A stretch of 64,000 nt of DNA, from assembly GCA_038891615.1 (NCBI GenBank), contig JAWADY010000001.1, positions 128,001-192,000 of the forward strand. The letters are read 5' to 3'. A program made the translations under genes and the position numbers. This DNA comes from Candidatus Woesearchaeota archaeon (GTDB taxonomy: Archaea > Nanobdellota > Nanobdellia > Woesearchaeales > ARS49). Under the pieces are notes generated by a model that saw only the letters and a program-made list of their open reading frames with translations, ran no database searches and was not told where the DNA came from. Positions 29,234-38,807 of this stretch are shown here, in pieces. Within the stretch, counting starts at the first letter, position 1. The number at the start of each line of letters is the position of its first letter.

Positions 29234-29758
29234 ATGGCGAGACTTCGCAAGTTTGTGGCATACAGGCATCTTGAAACACCTTACACAAGGTTTAGCAAGT
29301 ATAAGAATAAAAACTATGTTAGGGCAAGGCCTGTCTGCAAGGTTGTACGTTTTTATGCAGGAGAGGTAGAAAAGCCTTTTGAGTACGAGTTGCAACTTGT
29401 TTCAAAGGACGACCTTCAAATAAGAGATAATGCCATTGAGTCAGCAAGGCAATGTTCAACAAGGGTCCTTGAAAAGGCTCTTGGGAAAACAGGCTATTTT
29501 CTCCAATGTAGGATATATCCTCATCATGTTCTTAGGGAAAACCCTCTTGCAACAGGGGCGGGTGCAGATAGAATGTCGACTGGAATGGCAAGGCCTTTTG
29601 GAAAATCAATTGGGATTGCTGCACAAATAAAAAAGGGTAAAATTCTCTTCATTGCACGCGTGAATAAGCAACATCTTGGACTAGCAAGAACAGCTCTTAA
29701 GCGTGCTGCTGGAAAGCTTCCCTGTTCCACTTCGATTCTTACCCTTAAATTGAAGTGA
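29234..29758 (+). CDS. rpl10e: 50S ribosomal protein uL16 (L10e)
   Basis: QIRDNAIESAR, YPHHVLREN, GAGADRMSTGM..FGK. Confidence 0.97.
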   Translation: MARLRKFVAYRHLETPYTRFSKYKNKNYVRARPVCKVVRFYAGEVEKPFEYELQLVSKDDLQIRDNAIESARQCSTRVLEKALGKTGYFLQCRIYPHHVLRENPLATGAGADRMSTGMARPFGKSIGIAAQIKKGKILFIARVNKQHLGLARTALKRAAGKLPCSTSILTLKLK

Positions 29759-29798
29759 TGTGCTCTTTTGGAAAGCCTGACAAACTTAGGCGGTTTTT

Positions 29799-30815
29799 AT
29801 GAACAACGGACTTGAGGAAGAGTTAGAAAAGTTCAAAAATATAACCAAAACCATTTTTGCACATTATGCGAGATGGAACGGATATTCCTATACAGACTAT
29901 CTGAAGTTTCAGGAAGGGTTTACGGAAATTGTGAAGGCGCATGTAAGAAAAGAAAGACGCCTTGAGAACAAACTGCGCCCCTACCTAAAAAAATATTCGC
30001 AAGATTACATAGAAGATTTTAGGCAATGGGCCCTCTCTAGTGAAGAGTGCTTATTTAACGATGTAGCGAAGTCTGACAAAATTTTTGTTGGAGACTTTCA
30101 CACGGTAAAACAACCAAAAGAAATGCTACTCCAGATTGCGCAGGCGATTTTGAACAAAGGCAGGCCAGTAACAATCTGTCTTGAAATGGTACTTTCAAGA
30201 CAACAACAGCTTCTTGAAAGTTATTTGGCAGGCCGAGTGTCAGAGCGCGAATTTTTGAACAAGATTAATTATTATAAGGATTGGGGATTCTGTTGGCCTT
30301 ATTATAGGCAAATTTTCGAGTTCGCATCAAAACACAAAGAGATGGTAAAATTGGTTGGAATAGACTCTAACAGAAATGCTTTCAATTGTTATCTTAGGGA
30401 TGACCATGCTGCCAAAATCATTTACTCAGAAATCAAAAACAGCCCAGAAAGGGCTGTGATTGTATTCGCGGGAGATCTCCACATAGCCAGCAAACACTTG
30501 CCATACAAAACAAAAAAGCTGATTGGGCAGGATGCAAAAAGCTTGATTATATACCAAAACAAAAGTTCAATCTATTGGAGTCTTGGTAGGGAAGGAAAGT
30601 TGAAGGAGGAAGGGCTAATAAAAGGCGTTGTCAAGATTGGGGATAAAGGTTATTGCGTTTTAAACATTCACCCAGCGATAAAATGGTTTTCATATCTTGT
30701 TTGGGAAAAACAAAGGAAAATAAAATCAAAGACAGCAATTGAGAACATATACAAGAAATGCGCACAAATTGTCGAAGAGCTGTGCAAATGCAAAAAAGAC
30801 AAAAGTCTTAAATAA
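29799..30815 (+). CDS. ChaN-like (TraB/TIKI/ChaN superfamily) protein
   Basis: VGDFH, LEMV, WGFCWPYY..IFEFA, RD, AGDLH. Confidence 0.7.
   Translation: MNNGLEEELEKFKNITKTIFAHYARWNGYSYTDYLKFQEGFTEIVKAHVRKERRLENKLRPYLKKYSQDYIEDFRQWALSSEECLFNDVAKSDKIFVGDFHTVKQPKEMLLQIAQAILNKGRPVTICLEMVLSRQQQLLESYLAGRVSEREFLNKINYYKDWGFCWPYYRQIFEFASKHKEMVKLVGIDSNRNAFNCYLRDDHAAKIIYSEIKNSPERAVIVFAGDLHIASKHLPYKTKKLIGQDAKSLIIYQNKSSIYWSLGREGKLKEEGLIKGVVKIGDKGYCVLNIHPAIKWFSYLVWEKQRKIKSKTAIENIYKKCAQIVEELCKCKKDKSLK
30807..30814 (+). promoter_or_regulatory. TATA box of the putative ncRNA
   Basis: CTTAAATA preceded by a purine-rich BRE-like AAAAG, with 22 nt between it and G30837; same spacing as TTTAAATA (50172-50179) to tRNA-Leu. 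Confidence 0.55.
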
Positions 30816-30836
30816 GACATCTACTTATGGCCTTTT

Positions 30837-30932
30837 GCCGCGCAGGGCATCCTGGGGAGGTGATGCATAGTTGCAATGACTGTGTATTCCTCTTGGAGAT
30901 CGATGATTTCCAACCAGGCCTAGAGCAGCGGC
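30837..30932 (+). ncRNA. putative structured non-coding RNA of unknown family (three-way junction)
   Basis: GCCGC/GCGGC closing stem, CCTGG/CCAGG, two hairpins with several G-U pairs, GC-rich in AT-rich context, own TATA box. Confidence 0.6.
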
Positions 30933-30945
30933 ACGTTATAATAAG

Positions 30946-31440
30946 TCAATCAAGTGTGGTAGTAAATTTTTCGCCTTCGAGGTGAAAAAGCCTTTTTACA
31001 AATTTTTTTTCTAAAACGGAATTGAGAACTCTACCGATGAAAAGCATGTGATCTCCTAGTTGAATCTCCTGTGCAAGTTGACATTCTAACCATCCTGCTG
31101 CTTCCTTCACAAGTGGTGCATCGATTTTCTCAGCCTGACCTTTTGTCAAACCAGCATCGCGCCACTTGTCAGTATGATGAAGATGAATGCTTCTTGCGCA
31201 TTTTATTGTAGCAGCCGCTAACTCAAAAGGAATAAAATTGACAACAAAACATCCTGCCTGGCGAAGTATCTCAATCTCTGCTTTGGCGCTTACTGCGATA
31301 AGATACATGGGAGGGTTCTGCGAGGCAGGGCAATGCCAAGTTACTGGAAAGAGTTCGTCATGCTCGAGTTCCTTTCCATGAATCACAGGTCTTCCTCTAC
31401 AACTGACAAGAATTATCTGCAAAGGATTATATATCAGCAT
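30946..31440 (-). CDS. flavin reductase (DIM6/NTAB) family protein
   Basis: PPMYLIAV, FVVNF, APLVKEA..WLEC, GDHMLFIGRV. Confidence 0.9.
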   Translation of the reverse strand: MLIYNPLQIILVSCRGRPVIHGKELEHDELFPVTWHCPASQNPPMYLIAVSAKAEIEILRQAGCFVVNFIPFELAAATIKCARSIHLHHTDKWRDAGLTKGQAEKIDAPLVKEAAGWLECQLAQEIQLGDHMLFIGRVLNSVLEKKFVKRLFHLEGEKFTTTLD

Positions 31441-32026
31441 TCCATTTAATACCTCTTTTTAGTTGCTTTTTGCAAACAAAAATAAAATCTTTTTCTTGGT
31501 TTAACTCTTTTTCAATGAGAAACATCTTTCTTATTAGTTCTGTAAGGCGCGAGGCGTTCTTTGCTTTTTTCAATACTGTTATTGCTACCTTGCCTGTCGG
31601 CTTGCAAATTCTTCCCATTTCTTTTAGGGCGGTTGATGGCTCGTCAAAGTTGTGCAGTGCTGTAACACAGATTACAAAATCAAAAGAATTATCAGGAAAA
31701 GGAATTTGTTCAGCACGCGCTATTTTTACCTCAAAAGGGGCTTGTGCGGCAAGCTCTTTACAAGGCTCTATACCGATAAGCCTACACCGATTGGGGGCAA
31801 ACACCCTTGCCGAAAGTCCGATACCACAACCTACATCAAGAATAACATTCCCTTCTCGAGGCTTAAGCTCATCGGCTATTATTGAAAGTTTTTTTAGCTG
31901 TTCTTCACCATAGAGCTCTTCATAACCCGAAGCAATAGCGGCATAAAACTTGACCATGCCTGATTTTTGCGAGACCATTTTGATGCAGTTCAGAAACGCT
32001 TTTATCTTTGCAAGCCCTTTTAACAA
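31427..32026 (-). CDS. class I SAM-dependent methyltransferase (Methyltransf_11/UbiE-like)
   Basis: ILDVGCGIG, AEQIPFPDNSFD, ICKPTG; true start probably downstream of 32026. Confidence 0.9.
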   Translation of the reverse strand: MLKGLAKIKAFLNCIKMVSQKSGMVKFYAAIASGYEELYGEEQLKKLSIIADELKPREGNVILDVGCGIGLSARVFAPNRCRLIGIEPCKELAAQAPFEVKIARAEQIPFPDNSFDFVICVTALHNFDEPSTALKEMGRICKPTGKVAITVLKKAKNASRLTELIRKMFLIEKELNQEKDFIFVCKKQLKRGIKWNADI

Positions 32027-32104
32027 CGCAAATTTTTAAATCCATCGATAACAAAAGAGAATGCAAAATGTTTATCATGCCTGCAAAACAAACAAAAAAG
32101 AAAA

Positions 32105-33262
32105 ATGATATACGAACCTCGTGAGGATAGCTTTTTATTACAGGAATGGGTTAGAAAGTTTGCGAGAGGAGTTGTGCTTGATGTTGGCACAGGCTCTGGA
32201 ATTCAGGCAGTGACAGCAGCTAAAAAGAGAACAGTAAAAAAGGTTGTTGCAATTGATATTTCAAAGGAAGCAGTTGCACAGTGCAAGAAAGCCATCAGAA
32301 ACAAAAAAATTACATTTCTACAGAGCGACCTCTTTTCAAATGTTAAAGGGTCATTTGATACAATAATCTTCAACCCTCCTTATCTTCCAACAGAGCCTGG
32401 AATACCCAAGGATGTTAGTGTTGAAGGCGGTAGAAAAGGCTACGAAACCCTAGTGCGTTTTCTCGAAGGAGCAAGCAGGTATCTTAAGCAGGACGGAATA
32501 ATACTTATCGTTTTTTCTTCACTTACAAAAAAAGCAAAGGTCGATGAAGCGTTAAAAAACTACATGTTTGAACACAAAACACTTGCAACGCGAAAGTTAG
32601 CCTTTGAAGAGCTTTATGTTTATCTCATCACTAAAAGCCAACTGATGAGGACTCTTGAGAAAAAAGGTATTTCAGACATAAGATATTTTGCAAAAGGAAA
32701 AAGAGGAGTTATCTACACAGGCATAATGCATGGAAAAAAGGTTGCGATAAAGGTAAAAAGAATGGAGAGTCTTGCACTTGGGCGGATAAGAAATGAAGCA
32801 AAAACGCTAAAGATAGTAAACAGACTCGGAATTGGTCCAAAGCTGCTTTTAGCAGGTCCCGGTTTTGTTGTTTATGAGTTTGTTGAAGGAGAATATTTGA
32901 AAGACTGGATTGTTGATGCACGACAAGACCAGGTAAAAAAAGTTTTCAATAGCCTTTTTCAGCAAGCGTATAGGCTTGATAAGATATGTCTAAACAAAGA
33001 GGAAATGCACAGACCATTCAAGCATGCAATTGTAGGTAAAAATGAAAAGGTCACATTGATTGATTTTGAACGCGCAAGAAAGGTCAAAGCAAACAAGGTA
33101 AAAAATGTAACACAGTTGTGCCAATTTGTTTTTTCATTACAAAAGCTGCTCGAGAAAAAAGGGCTGAAGATTGATAAGAAAAATCTTTTGTCATTAGCAA
33201 AGTCGTACAAGGCAGAACCTTCAGAAGAAAGACTTAAAGCAATTATTAGGCAGATTGGGTAG
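32105..33262 (+). CDS. HemK/PrmC-like methyltransferase fused to an archaeal RIO/Bud32-like protein kinase domain
   Basis: IYEPREDS, LDVGTGSG, FNPPYLP, GGRKG; then AKGKRG, VAIK, NEA, YEFVEG, LIDFE. Confidence 0.85.
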   Translation: MIYEPREDSFLLQEWVRKFARGVVLDVGTGSGIQAVTAAKKRTVKKVVAIDISKEAVAQCKKAIRNKKITFLQSDLFSNVKGSFDTIIFNPPYLPTEPGIPKDVSVEGGRKGYETLVRFLEGASRYLKQDGIILIVFSSLTKKAKVDEALKNYMFEHKTLATRKLAFEELYVYLITKSQLMRTLEKKGISDIRYFAKGKRGVIYTGIMHGKKVAIKVKRMESLALGRIRNEAKTLKIVNRLGIGPKLLLAGPGFVVYEFVEGEYLKDWIVDARQDQVKKVFNSLFQQAYRLDKICLNKEEMHRPFKHAIVGKNEKVTLIDFERARKVKANKVKNVTQLCQFVFSLQKLLEKKGLKIDKKNLLSLAKSYKAEPSEERLKAIIRQIG

Positions 33263-33296
33263 TTAACTATCTAAATGCTGAGAGAATTGAATGGGC

Positions 33297-33812
33297 TCAA
33301 ACAAAAACTTTGTAGCCACCAAGCACTTCTAAACCATACTTTTCCTTGATTTCTTTTAACTTTTCGTCACTGCAACTATCAAGCTTTATAGCTATTCTTT
33401 CTCCTATTTTCATCAGCATCACTTCCTTTAACTTTGAACCATCTTCTTTTAGCAACCATTGTTCAAATTCTATGAGATTTTCCAACTTCGACTCTAGCAT
33501 GAGCTTATTCAGCCCCTTATCCGTTTCTTCAACTAGCTTCTTTGCATTTTGATAGATTCTTGTGAACGCCTTCCCTATCCTTGCAGGATCGCATTGGTCA
33601 AGTGGAATCCTGTTATCCTTACCTGGACCATTTAGATGCGTGTACATGATTCGCAAGAGCGCACGCTTTGACTGGATGTCAGCAGAAAAGTTATCAACAC
33701 GCACTCCAACTTCAGAGCACTTCTCAATAAAGCATTTCGCTCTTTCGTATTCACTCCAGCTTTTGTTGGCATAAAAGTAGAGGTTATCAAACATAACGGT
33801 TTGATGGTTCAT
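33297..33812 (-). CDS. hypothetical protein
   Basis: 171-aa ORF starting 8 nt after the tfb stop. Confidence 0.6.
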   Translation of the reverse strand: MNHQTVMFDNLYFYANKSWSEYERAKCFIEKCSEVGVRVDNFSADIQSKRALLRIMYTHLNGPGKDNRIPLDQCDPARIGKAFTRIYQNAKKLVEETDKGLNKLMLESKLENLIEFEQWLLKEDGSKLKEVMLMKIGERIAIKLDSCSDEKLKEIKEKYGLEVLGGYKVFV

Positions 33813-33820
33813 TTTAAATC

Positions 33821-34747
33821 CTATTTACCTTTTTTCTTCTGTTGCTTTTTAAGCTCTTTTTCAAGCTTCAGTTTTTCAAGAAGTTCCTTGTACCTATTTC
33901 TGATTGTAACCTCAGTAACACCTGCAACATCAGCAACTTCCCGTTGGGTACGCTTTTCTCCGTGCATTAGAGCAGAAACATAGAGCGCGGCTGCTGCAAT
34001 ACCAGTCGGTCCTCTCCCCGAGGTTAACTCTTCTGCCTGTGCCCGTTCGAGTATTTCGACAGCTTTTGTCTGAACTTCCGGACTCAGCTTGAGCGAGCTT
34101 GCAAACCTTGCAATATAATCAGCTGGATTACTCGGGAGTATGCTTATTCCCAGTTCACGAGTGATAAAACGATATGTTCTACCAATTTCTTTTTTATCTA
34201 TTGCAGAAGCTTCAGAGAGTTCGTCAAGAGTCCTTGGAACCTCATGGCGTCTACAGGCTGCATACAACGCACCGGCTATAACCGATTCCATTGACCTTCC
34301 CCTAACAAGCCCACGTTGAACTGCTTGCGTGTAAATCATTGCAGCTTCTTCATCAACCGACTTTGGAAGTTTTAGAAAGCTTGAAACCCTTTTCAGCTCA
34401 GCAAGTGCGAGCTTGAGGTTTCTTTCAAGTGCAGTTGAAATTCTGTATTGCCATTTCCTCAAGCGAAAAAACTTGTTCCTATCCTTTGAGCCAAGCGCGA
34501 GAAGGTCTGACTTTTGACCAACTTCAGTGCCTATTCCCTGATCAAACTGTGTATAGGTAAGAGGCGCACCTGCTCTTGCTTTACTTTCACTGCCAGCTTC
34601 TGACTCAAAGTCGCGCCATTCTTGACCAAACTCAACCATCTTATCTTCAACAACAAGCCCGCAATCACGACAGATAATCTCGCCTTTATCGCGGTTAACA
34701 AAAAGATTTATGCTTTTGCATTCAGGACATTTTTTAATGTAATACAT
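33821..34747 (-). CDS. tfb: transcription initiation factor IIB
   Basis: CPEC..C..CG Zn ribbon, EWR, ERNL, RGRS, PRTL, GRGP, GVTEVTIRNRY. Confidence 0.97.
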   Translation of the reverse strand: MYYIKKCPECKSINLFVNRDKGEIICRDCGLVVEDKMVEFGQEWRDFESEAGSESKARAGAPLTYTQFDQGIGTEVGQKSDLLALGSKDRNKFFRLRKWQYRISTALERNLKLALAELKRVSSFLKLPKSVDEEAAMIYTQAVQRGLVRGRSMESVIAGALYAACRRHEVPRTLDELSEASAIDKKEIGRTYRFITRELGISILPSNPADYIARFASSLKLSPEVQTKAVEILERAQAEELTSGRGPTGIAAAALYVSALMHGEKRTQREVADVAGVTEVTIRNRYKELLEKLKLEKELKKQQKKKGK

Positions 34748-34932
34748 TCTATTTCACCCCTTATTTCAAAAATTTTGTCTTTTGCGATAGGGCAACATAC
34801 AAATTATAAAATATATAACCCATCACAGTTAATTTTATAAATGATTTCGAAAAACAGTATATAAATCTTTCGGTTTTTGAGATATAAAGTAAAAGTCACT
34901 CAAGGTACAGGCTTACGAAACAATACCAAAAA

Positions 34933-35550
34933 TTAACAACCAAATTCGTTATCTATCTGACAAGCTGTAGAATTTACTTTTATTTTTGGAGTTCCCGGCT
35001 CTTTGCCCGTTGCAATATAATTTTCAACACTTGTTGTATTCCATTCATGTTCATGATTCCATAAGTTCCAGAAATACCGCCATTCATTCCAGCCTATTCC
35101 AAGATGTTTTACATAAATACCATTTTCAGCAAGCATCTTACCAATCTTTCTACCACTCATGCATGAAATGCTGTAACAGTAAACAACAATATCTTTATTT
35201 GGATTTTTTGCCCTCAGTTCTTTGAATGAGCTAACAATTCTCTTAACATCAACATAAGCGGGTGTGTTAGGGTCTTTGTAAGCAGGGATACTGACTGCTC
35301 CAACAATATGTCCCTTTTCATATTCTTCTTGGCTTCTTAAATCAACTAGAATAAAATTATCATCCCCTTTGTCCATGGCCTTTCTTATAGAATGTGGACT
35401 TACATGAACAGCGTTTTCAGTCAGATAAAAATCTTTTATTAGGTCTTCTTGGGTTGGGGTTTGTAGATTTAACACTAGAAATGTGGATAGAATTCCTGCT
35501 AATGAACCAAAAACAATTGCTAAAATTATTATTTTAAGCGATGATTTCAT
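34933..35550 (-). CDS. membrane-anchored rhodanese-like domain protein
   Basis: N-terminal TM, LVDLRSQEEY..GHIVGA, VVYCYS. Confidence 0.88.
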   Translation of the reverse strand: MKSSLKIIILAIVFGSLAGILSTFLVLNLQTPTQEDLIKDFYLTENAVHVSPHSIRKAMDKGDDNFILVDLRSQEEYEKGHIVGAVSIPAYKDPNTPAYVDVKRIVSSFKELRAKNPNKDIVVYCYSISCMSGRKIGKMLAENGIYVKHLGIGWNEWRYFWNLWNHEHEWNTTSVENYIATGKEPGTPKIKVNSTACQIDNEFGC

Positions 35551-35796
35551 ATTTCATCTCTCCAATTTGAAATTAATGTACCTGGCTATTTTTAAATATT
35601 TTCTTTTTATGAAGGTAGAATCTTTAATAAAATTCAACGTATCTGCTACTTAGCTTAATCGCAACCAGCCACCTGTTTCTCCCCCCGCTGTTTCGCAAGG
35701 AATCGCCAAACTTGTTAGAATAAAGAATCCTCATAGAGGAGAACCAGATTTAAAATGAACAGAAAAGCCTAAGAAAATTTATATTTATCAAGCACT

Positions 35797-36915
35797 TTGA
35801 AAACCACAATGAAAACAGGAATTGCATATCTTCCTTTGCATGGTGGGAGCTGCCCGGTATGGCTTTTTTCAAAAATGAAAGCCCTTTGCGGGGCCATTTC
35901 TGAAATAATCATAGAGGAATATGGCTTATCAGAGTTCTTGAAAAGGCTCTCAAATCCTTTTTTCTTTCAGTCGCTGGGTTGCGCACTAGGTTTTGACTGG
36001 CACTCCTCAGGCATTACAACAACAGTATGCGGCGCGCTGAAAGAAGCGCTTAATGAGAAAGAGCTGGGAATCAAAGTTGCAGGAGGAAAAGGAAAGACTT
36101 CAAGAAAAACGCCTACAGAGGTTAAATATTTCTCAGATAAGTTTAATCTTTCAAGCTCAAAATGCGAGGACCTGATTAGGGCATCGAGGCTCTCTGCAAA
36201 AGTGGACAACGCTCTTGTTCAGGACAACTACCAACTTTATCATCACACATTTATTTTGACAGAGAAAGGAGAATGGGCAGTAATTCAGCAAGGGATGAAT
36301 CCAGTTTGTGGCTTTGCTAGAAGGTATCATTGGTTGTCAAATTCAGTTACTGATTTTGTGGAAGAACCACATTCTGCTATATGTTGCCAAAGAAAAGAAA
36401 CAAATGTTTTGGATATAACCTCAAGAAATAGCAGGGAAGTCAGAAAGCTCTCATTAGATTTGGTAAAAGATGGTGAAGCAATTAAGTTTGTAGACAGGCC
36501 GCTAAACATTCAAAATCTCAAAAGCCGCTTGCCAGGCCTGCTAAAGATGCCAGCAAATCACTGGATAAAAAATGAACTTAAAATGAACGAAGAAACATTA
36601 AAAAGAGCTTCAGACATCCAACCATCAACATACGAAGAGCTCATCCTGGTTAAAGGTTTTGGCCCGCGACACGTAAGAGCGCTTGCACTGATATCCGAGC
36701 TTATATATGGTGCAAGCGCAAGTTGGAAAGACCCTGTAAATTTTAGTTTTGCACTCGGAGGAAAGGACGGCACGCCATATCCAGTGGATAAAAGGATTTA
36801 CGAAGACACAATCACAATTTTAGGAGAGGCTTTGCACAAAGCAAAGCTTGGACAAAATGAAAAGCTTCAAGCATTTGCACGATTGGGAAGGGCCTTTAAG
36901 GTGGAGCTACCTTAA
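35797..36915 (+). CDS. DUF763 domain protein
   Basis: LPLHGG..P.WL, GFDWHSSG.TT, SRLSAKVD, QQGM, ARRYHW, GGKDG.P.PV. Confidence 0.9.
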   Translation: MKTTMKTGIAYLPLHGGSCPVWLFSKMKALCGAISEIIIEEYGLSEFLKRLSNPFFFQSLGCALGFDWHSSGITTTVCGALKEALNEKELGIKVAGGKGKTSRKTPTEVKYFSDKFNLSSSKCEDLIRASRLSAKVDNALVQDNYQLYHHTFILTEKGEWAVIQQGMNPVCGFARRYHWLSNSVTDFVEEPHSAICCQRKETNVLDITSRNSREVRKLSLDLVKDGEAIKFVDRPLNIQNLKSRLPGLLKMPANHWIKNELKMNEETLKRASDIQPSTYEELILVKGFGPRHVRALALISELIYGASASWKDPVNFSFALGGKDGTPYPVDKRIYEDTITILGEALHKAKLGQNEKLQAFARLGRAFKVELP

Positions 36916-36937
36916 GCTATAAAAAAGAAAAAAAGTT

Positions 36938-37927
36938 TTATTTAATCAGCCTTGAAGCTTTTTCTCGCAAAAGCCTTATCCTGCTGGCAATGTCGTTTGT
37001 TGAGGTGTTTTGAACCTCAGGCGTCCATTCGCCAACTCCATTCTCAACCAGCTTTGCAGAATGTTCCATCCCTTGCCTCTCAAACTCGTATAGCTCTTTA
37101 ACAATGCGCACAATTTCATCTGCTTGTTGGAACCTCTTTTTGAAATCCTCAAAACTTCCAAACTTGTTGTATTCTTGAACGAAAAGCCCGAGTTGTTCAG
37201 AATAAACCTTAGCTGCTAGCAAAAGCTCAGTATATTTGGCTAGCAACCCTTCAACAGCTCCGGCTCTAGCTTTATAGAATGCAAGTTTTGAAATTGCGAA
37301 CTCGGCATCATTTATGCGTTCCTTTGAAAAAGTATCCAGCCGTCGAAGATTGCTTCTCAGTTCAAATACCTCATCAGCCAGTCCTGGAATGTTCTCGTTT
37401 ATTGGATTTTTCTCAAGCAACTTTTTTCTTTCAGAACATTTGTATTCTAACATTGTTTGCAACTCTTCTCCTTTTTTTTGGGAAAGCTCTGCGCTATGGA
37501 TGTTTATATAAACGGCTCTTTCCAAAGCATCAATTGACTTGTTATAAAGCTGAAGGGTTTCTGTTGCGTTTCGGCAAAGCTCCTCAAGGTTTTTTGAAAA
37601 GGTAGAATAAAGTTCCCTTTTTTCAGCAGCTCTTTTTGTCTCAACACGCCTGCTTACATTTTCTTTTATTTCAGCGGCTTTTTTCGGACTTACTGCTTTC
37701 AAAATAAAGAGTTGAATTTTTTCAAGCAAAGTGTAATCTTTTTCCAACGGCGTATTTCCCCTACAGATTATTTCATAGAATTGCTTAAAGCGTTCAGATG
37801 AAGTATTGATTTTATCGTCAGGCACAAGCCTTGAGATTTCTGGAATTTTGGTTACATAAGTATTTAGTAACTGGTTAACACACTCACAAATCTCCTTAAC
37901 ATCTCCATTCTGAGTGTATGTCGGCAT
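36938..37927 (-). CDS. hypothetical coiled-coil protein
   Basis: RBS GGAGGTG before ATG 37927; long heptad-rich helices. Confidence 0.7.
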   Translation of the reverse strand: MPTYTQNGDVKEICECVNQLLNTYVTKIPEISRLVPDDKINTSSERFKQFYEIICRGNTPLEKDYTLLEKIQLFILKAVSPKKAAEIKENVSRRVETKRAAEKRELYSTFSKNLEELCRNATETLQLYNKSIDALERAVYINIHSAELSQKKGEELQTMLEYKCSERKKLLEKNPINENIPGLADEVFELRSNLRRLDTFSKERINDAEFAISKLAFYKARAGAVEGLLAKYTELLLAAKVYSEQLGLFVQEYNKFGSFEDFKKRFQQADEIVRIVKELYEFERQGMEHSAKLVENGVGEWTPEVQNTSTNDIASRIRLLREKASRLIK

Positions 37928-37969
37928 GACACGCACCTCCTTTTATTTAAATTGAGCTTCTCATGAACC

Positions 37970-38314
37970 TTACTTGTTTTGGGTTAGCAGGTTCACAATC
38001 TCTTGCTCGGTGAACTCGCGCTTCTTTAACACAAACTCCTTTTCACGAACCAGATCGTCAAGTGATTTTTTCACATCCTCTCTAAACTCTAGCGCCTTTG
38101 CATAAATTTTGTTCATGTCATCATAGCTTTTGTTTGCTATGCGCTCAATTTCAATATTTTTAATCTGCTCGCAGTGCGCATAACCTTTTCTAAAACCGAT
38201 GAGTTGTCCTTTGTCAATTCCTTTGCCGTAATATAAGCACCCACCAACACCAAAACCTATCCCTCCATAAAAAGCAAGTCTTGCCAAAAACCCAACAAAT
38301 TGAGCTATTGCCAC
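37970..38314 (-). CDS. hypothetical protein with Gly-rich TM and coiled coil
   Basis: RBS GGAGGTG, GTG start; FYGGIGFGVGGCLYYG. Confidence 0.7.
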   Translation of the reverse strand: MAIAQFVGFLARLAFYGGIGFGVGGCLYYGKGIDKGQLIGFRKGYAHCEQIKNIEIERIANKSYDDMNKIYAKALEFREDVKKSLDDLVREKEFVLKKREFTEQEIVNLLTQNK

Positions 38315-38495
38315 TTGTCACACCTCCTTTGAGATTGTCATTAAATTTTTTAATTTGTTGATTATTGCTTATGAAGCAGTTTTAATATTACTTACTGAGA
38401 GAAATTCGGAAAATGTTCGAATTAAACAAAATTTTTACCTAATGGATATAACTTTTTTGTTAGAAATGCAAACAAGAAAAAAACTTCCACAACAC

Positions 38496-38807
38496 TTATC
38501 GTTTTCCCAAGTCTGTTTTTGGGTTTTCCATAGGGTCAAGAGAATAGTGCTTAGATTTTTCAACAGATACGCTTGGGTCAAGTTGTGTAAGTGCTTTCTC
38601 CAGCTCTGAAAAGCTATTTTCAGATATATCCTTTGTTGATTTTCCAACAATCCAGTCTTTTAATTTTTCAGAATCAAAATAAGAGACTGTAAGACCACGC
38701 TTCTCAAGCTCTGCAGTAATGCTTTCTCTCAGGCCTCTAATGTTTGCGTTGTAATGTATCTTCAAATATTGTTCGCGCTGTTCTTCAAAAATGTCTTGTT
38801 CTGCCAT
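38496..38807 (-). CDS. hypothetical protein
   Basis: ATG directly abuts the stop of the S8 peptidase. Confidence 0.6.
   Translation of the reverse strand: MAEQDIFEEQREQYLKIHYNANIRGLRESITAELEKRGLTVSYFDSEKLKDWIVGKSTKDISENSFSELEKALTQLDPSVSVEKSKHYSLDPMENPKTDLGKR

Noticed and set aside
30837-30932. Identification of the RNA candidate as a c-di-GMP-I riboswitch, SRP RNA, tRNA-Sec or 5S rRNA
   Set aside because: No GGCAAA...GAAA...GACGCAAAG pattern and no downstream co-oriented gene; no GNRA-capped SRP helix 8; no TTC loop or anticodon arm; no 5S conserved loops
35640-35760. Slightly GC-rich intergenic patch with a small hairpin (TCCTC/GAGGA)
   Set aside because: No extended fold, promoter spacing or convincing ORF
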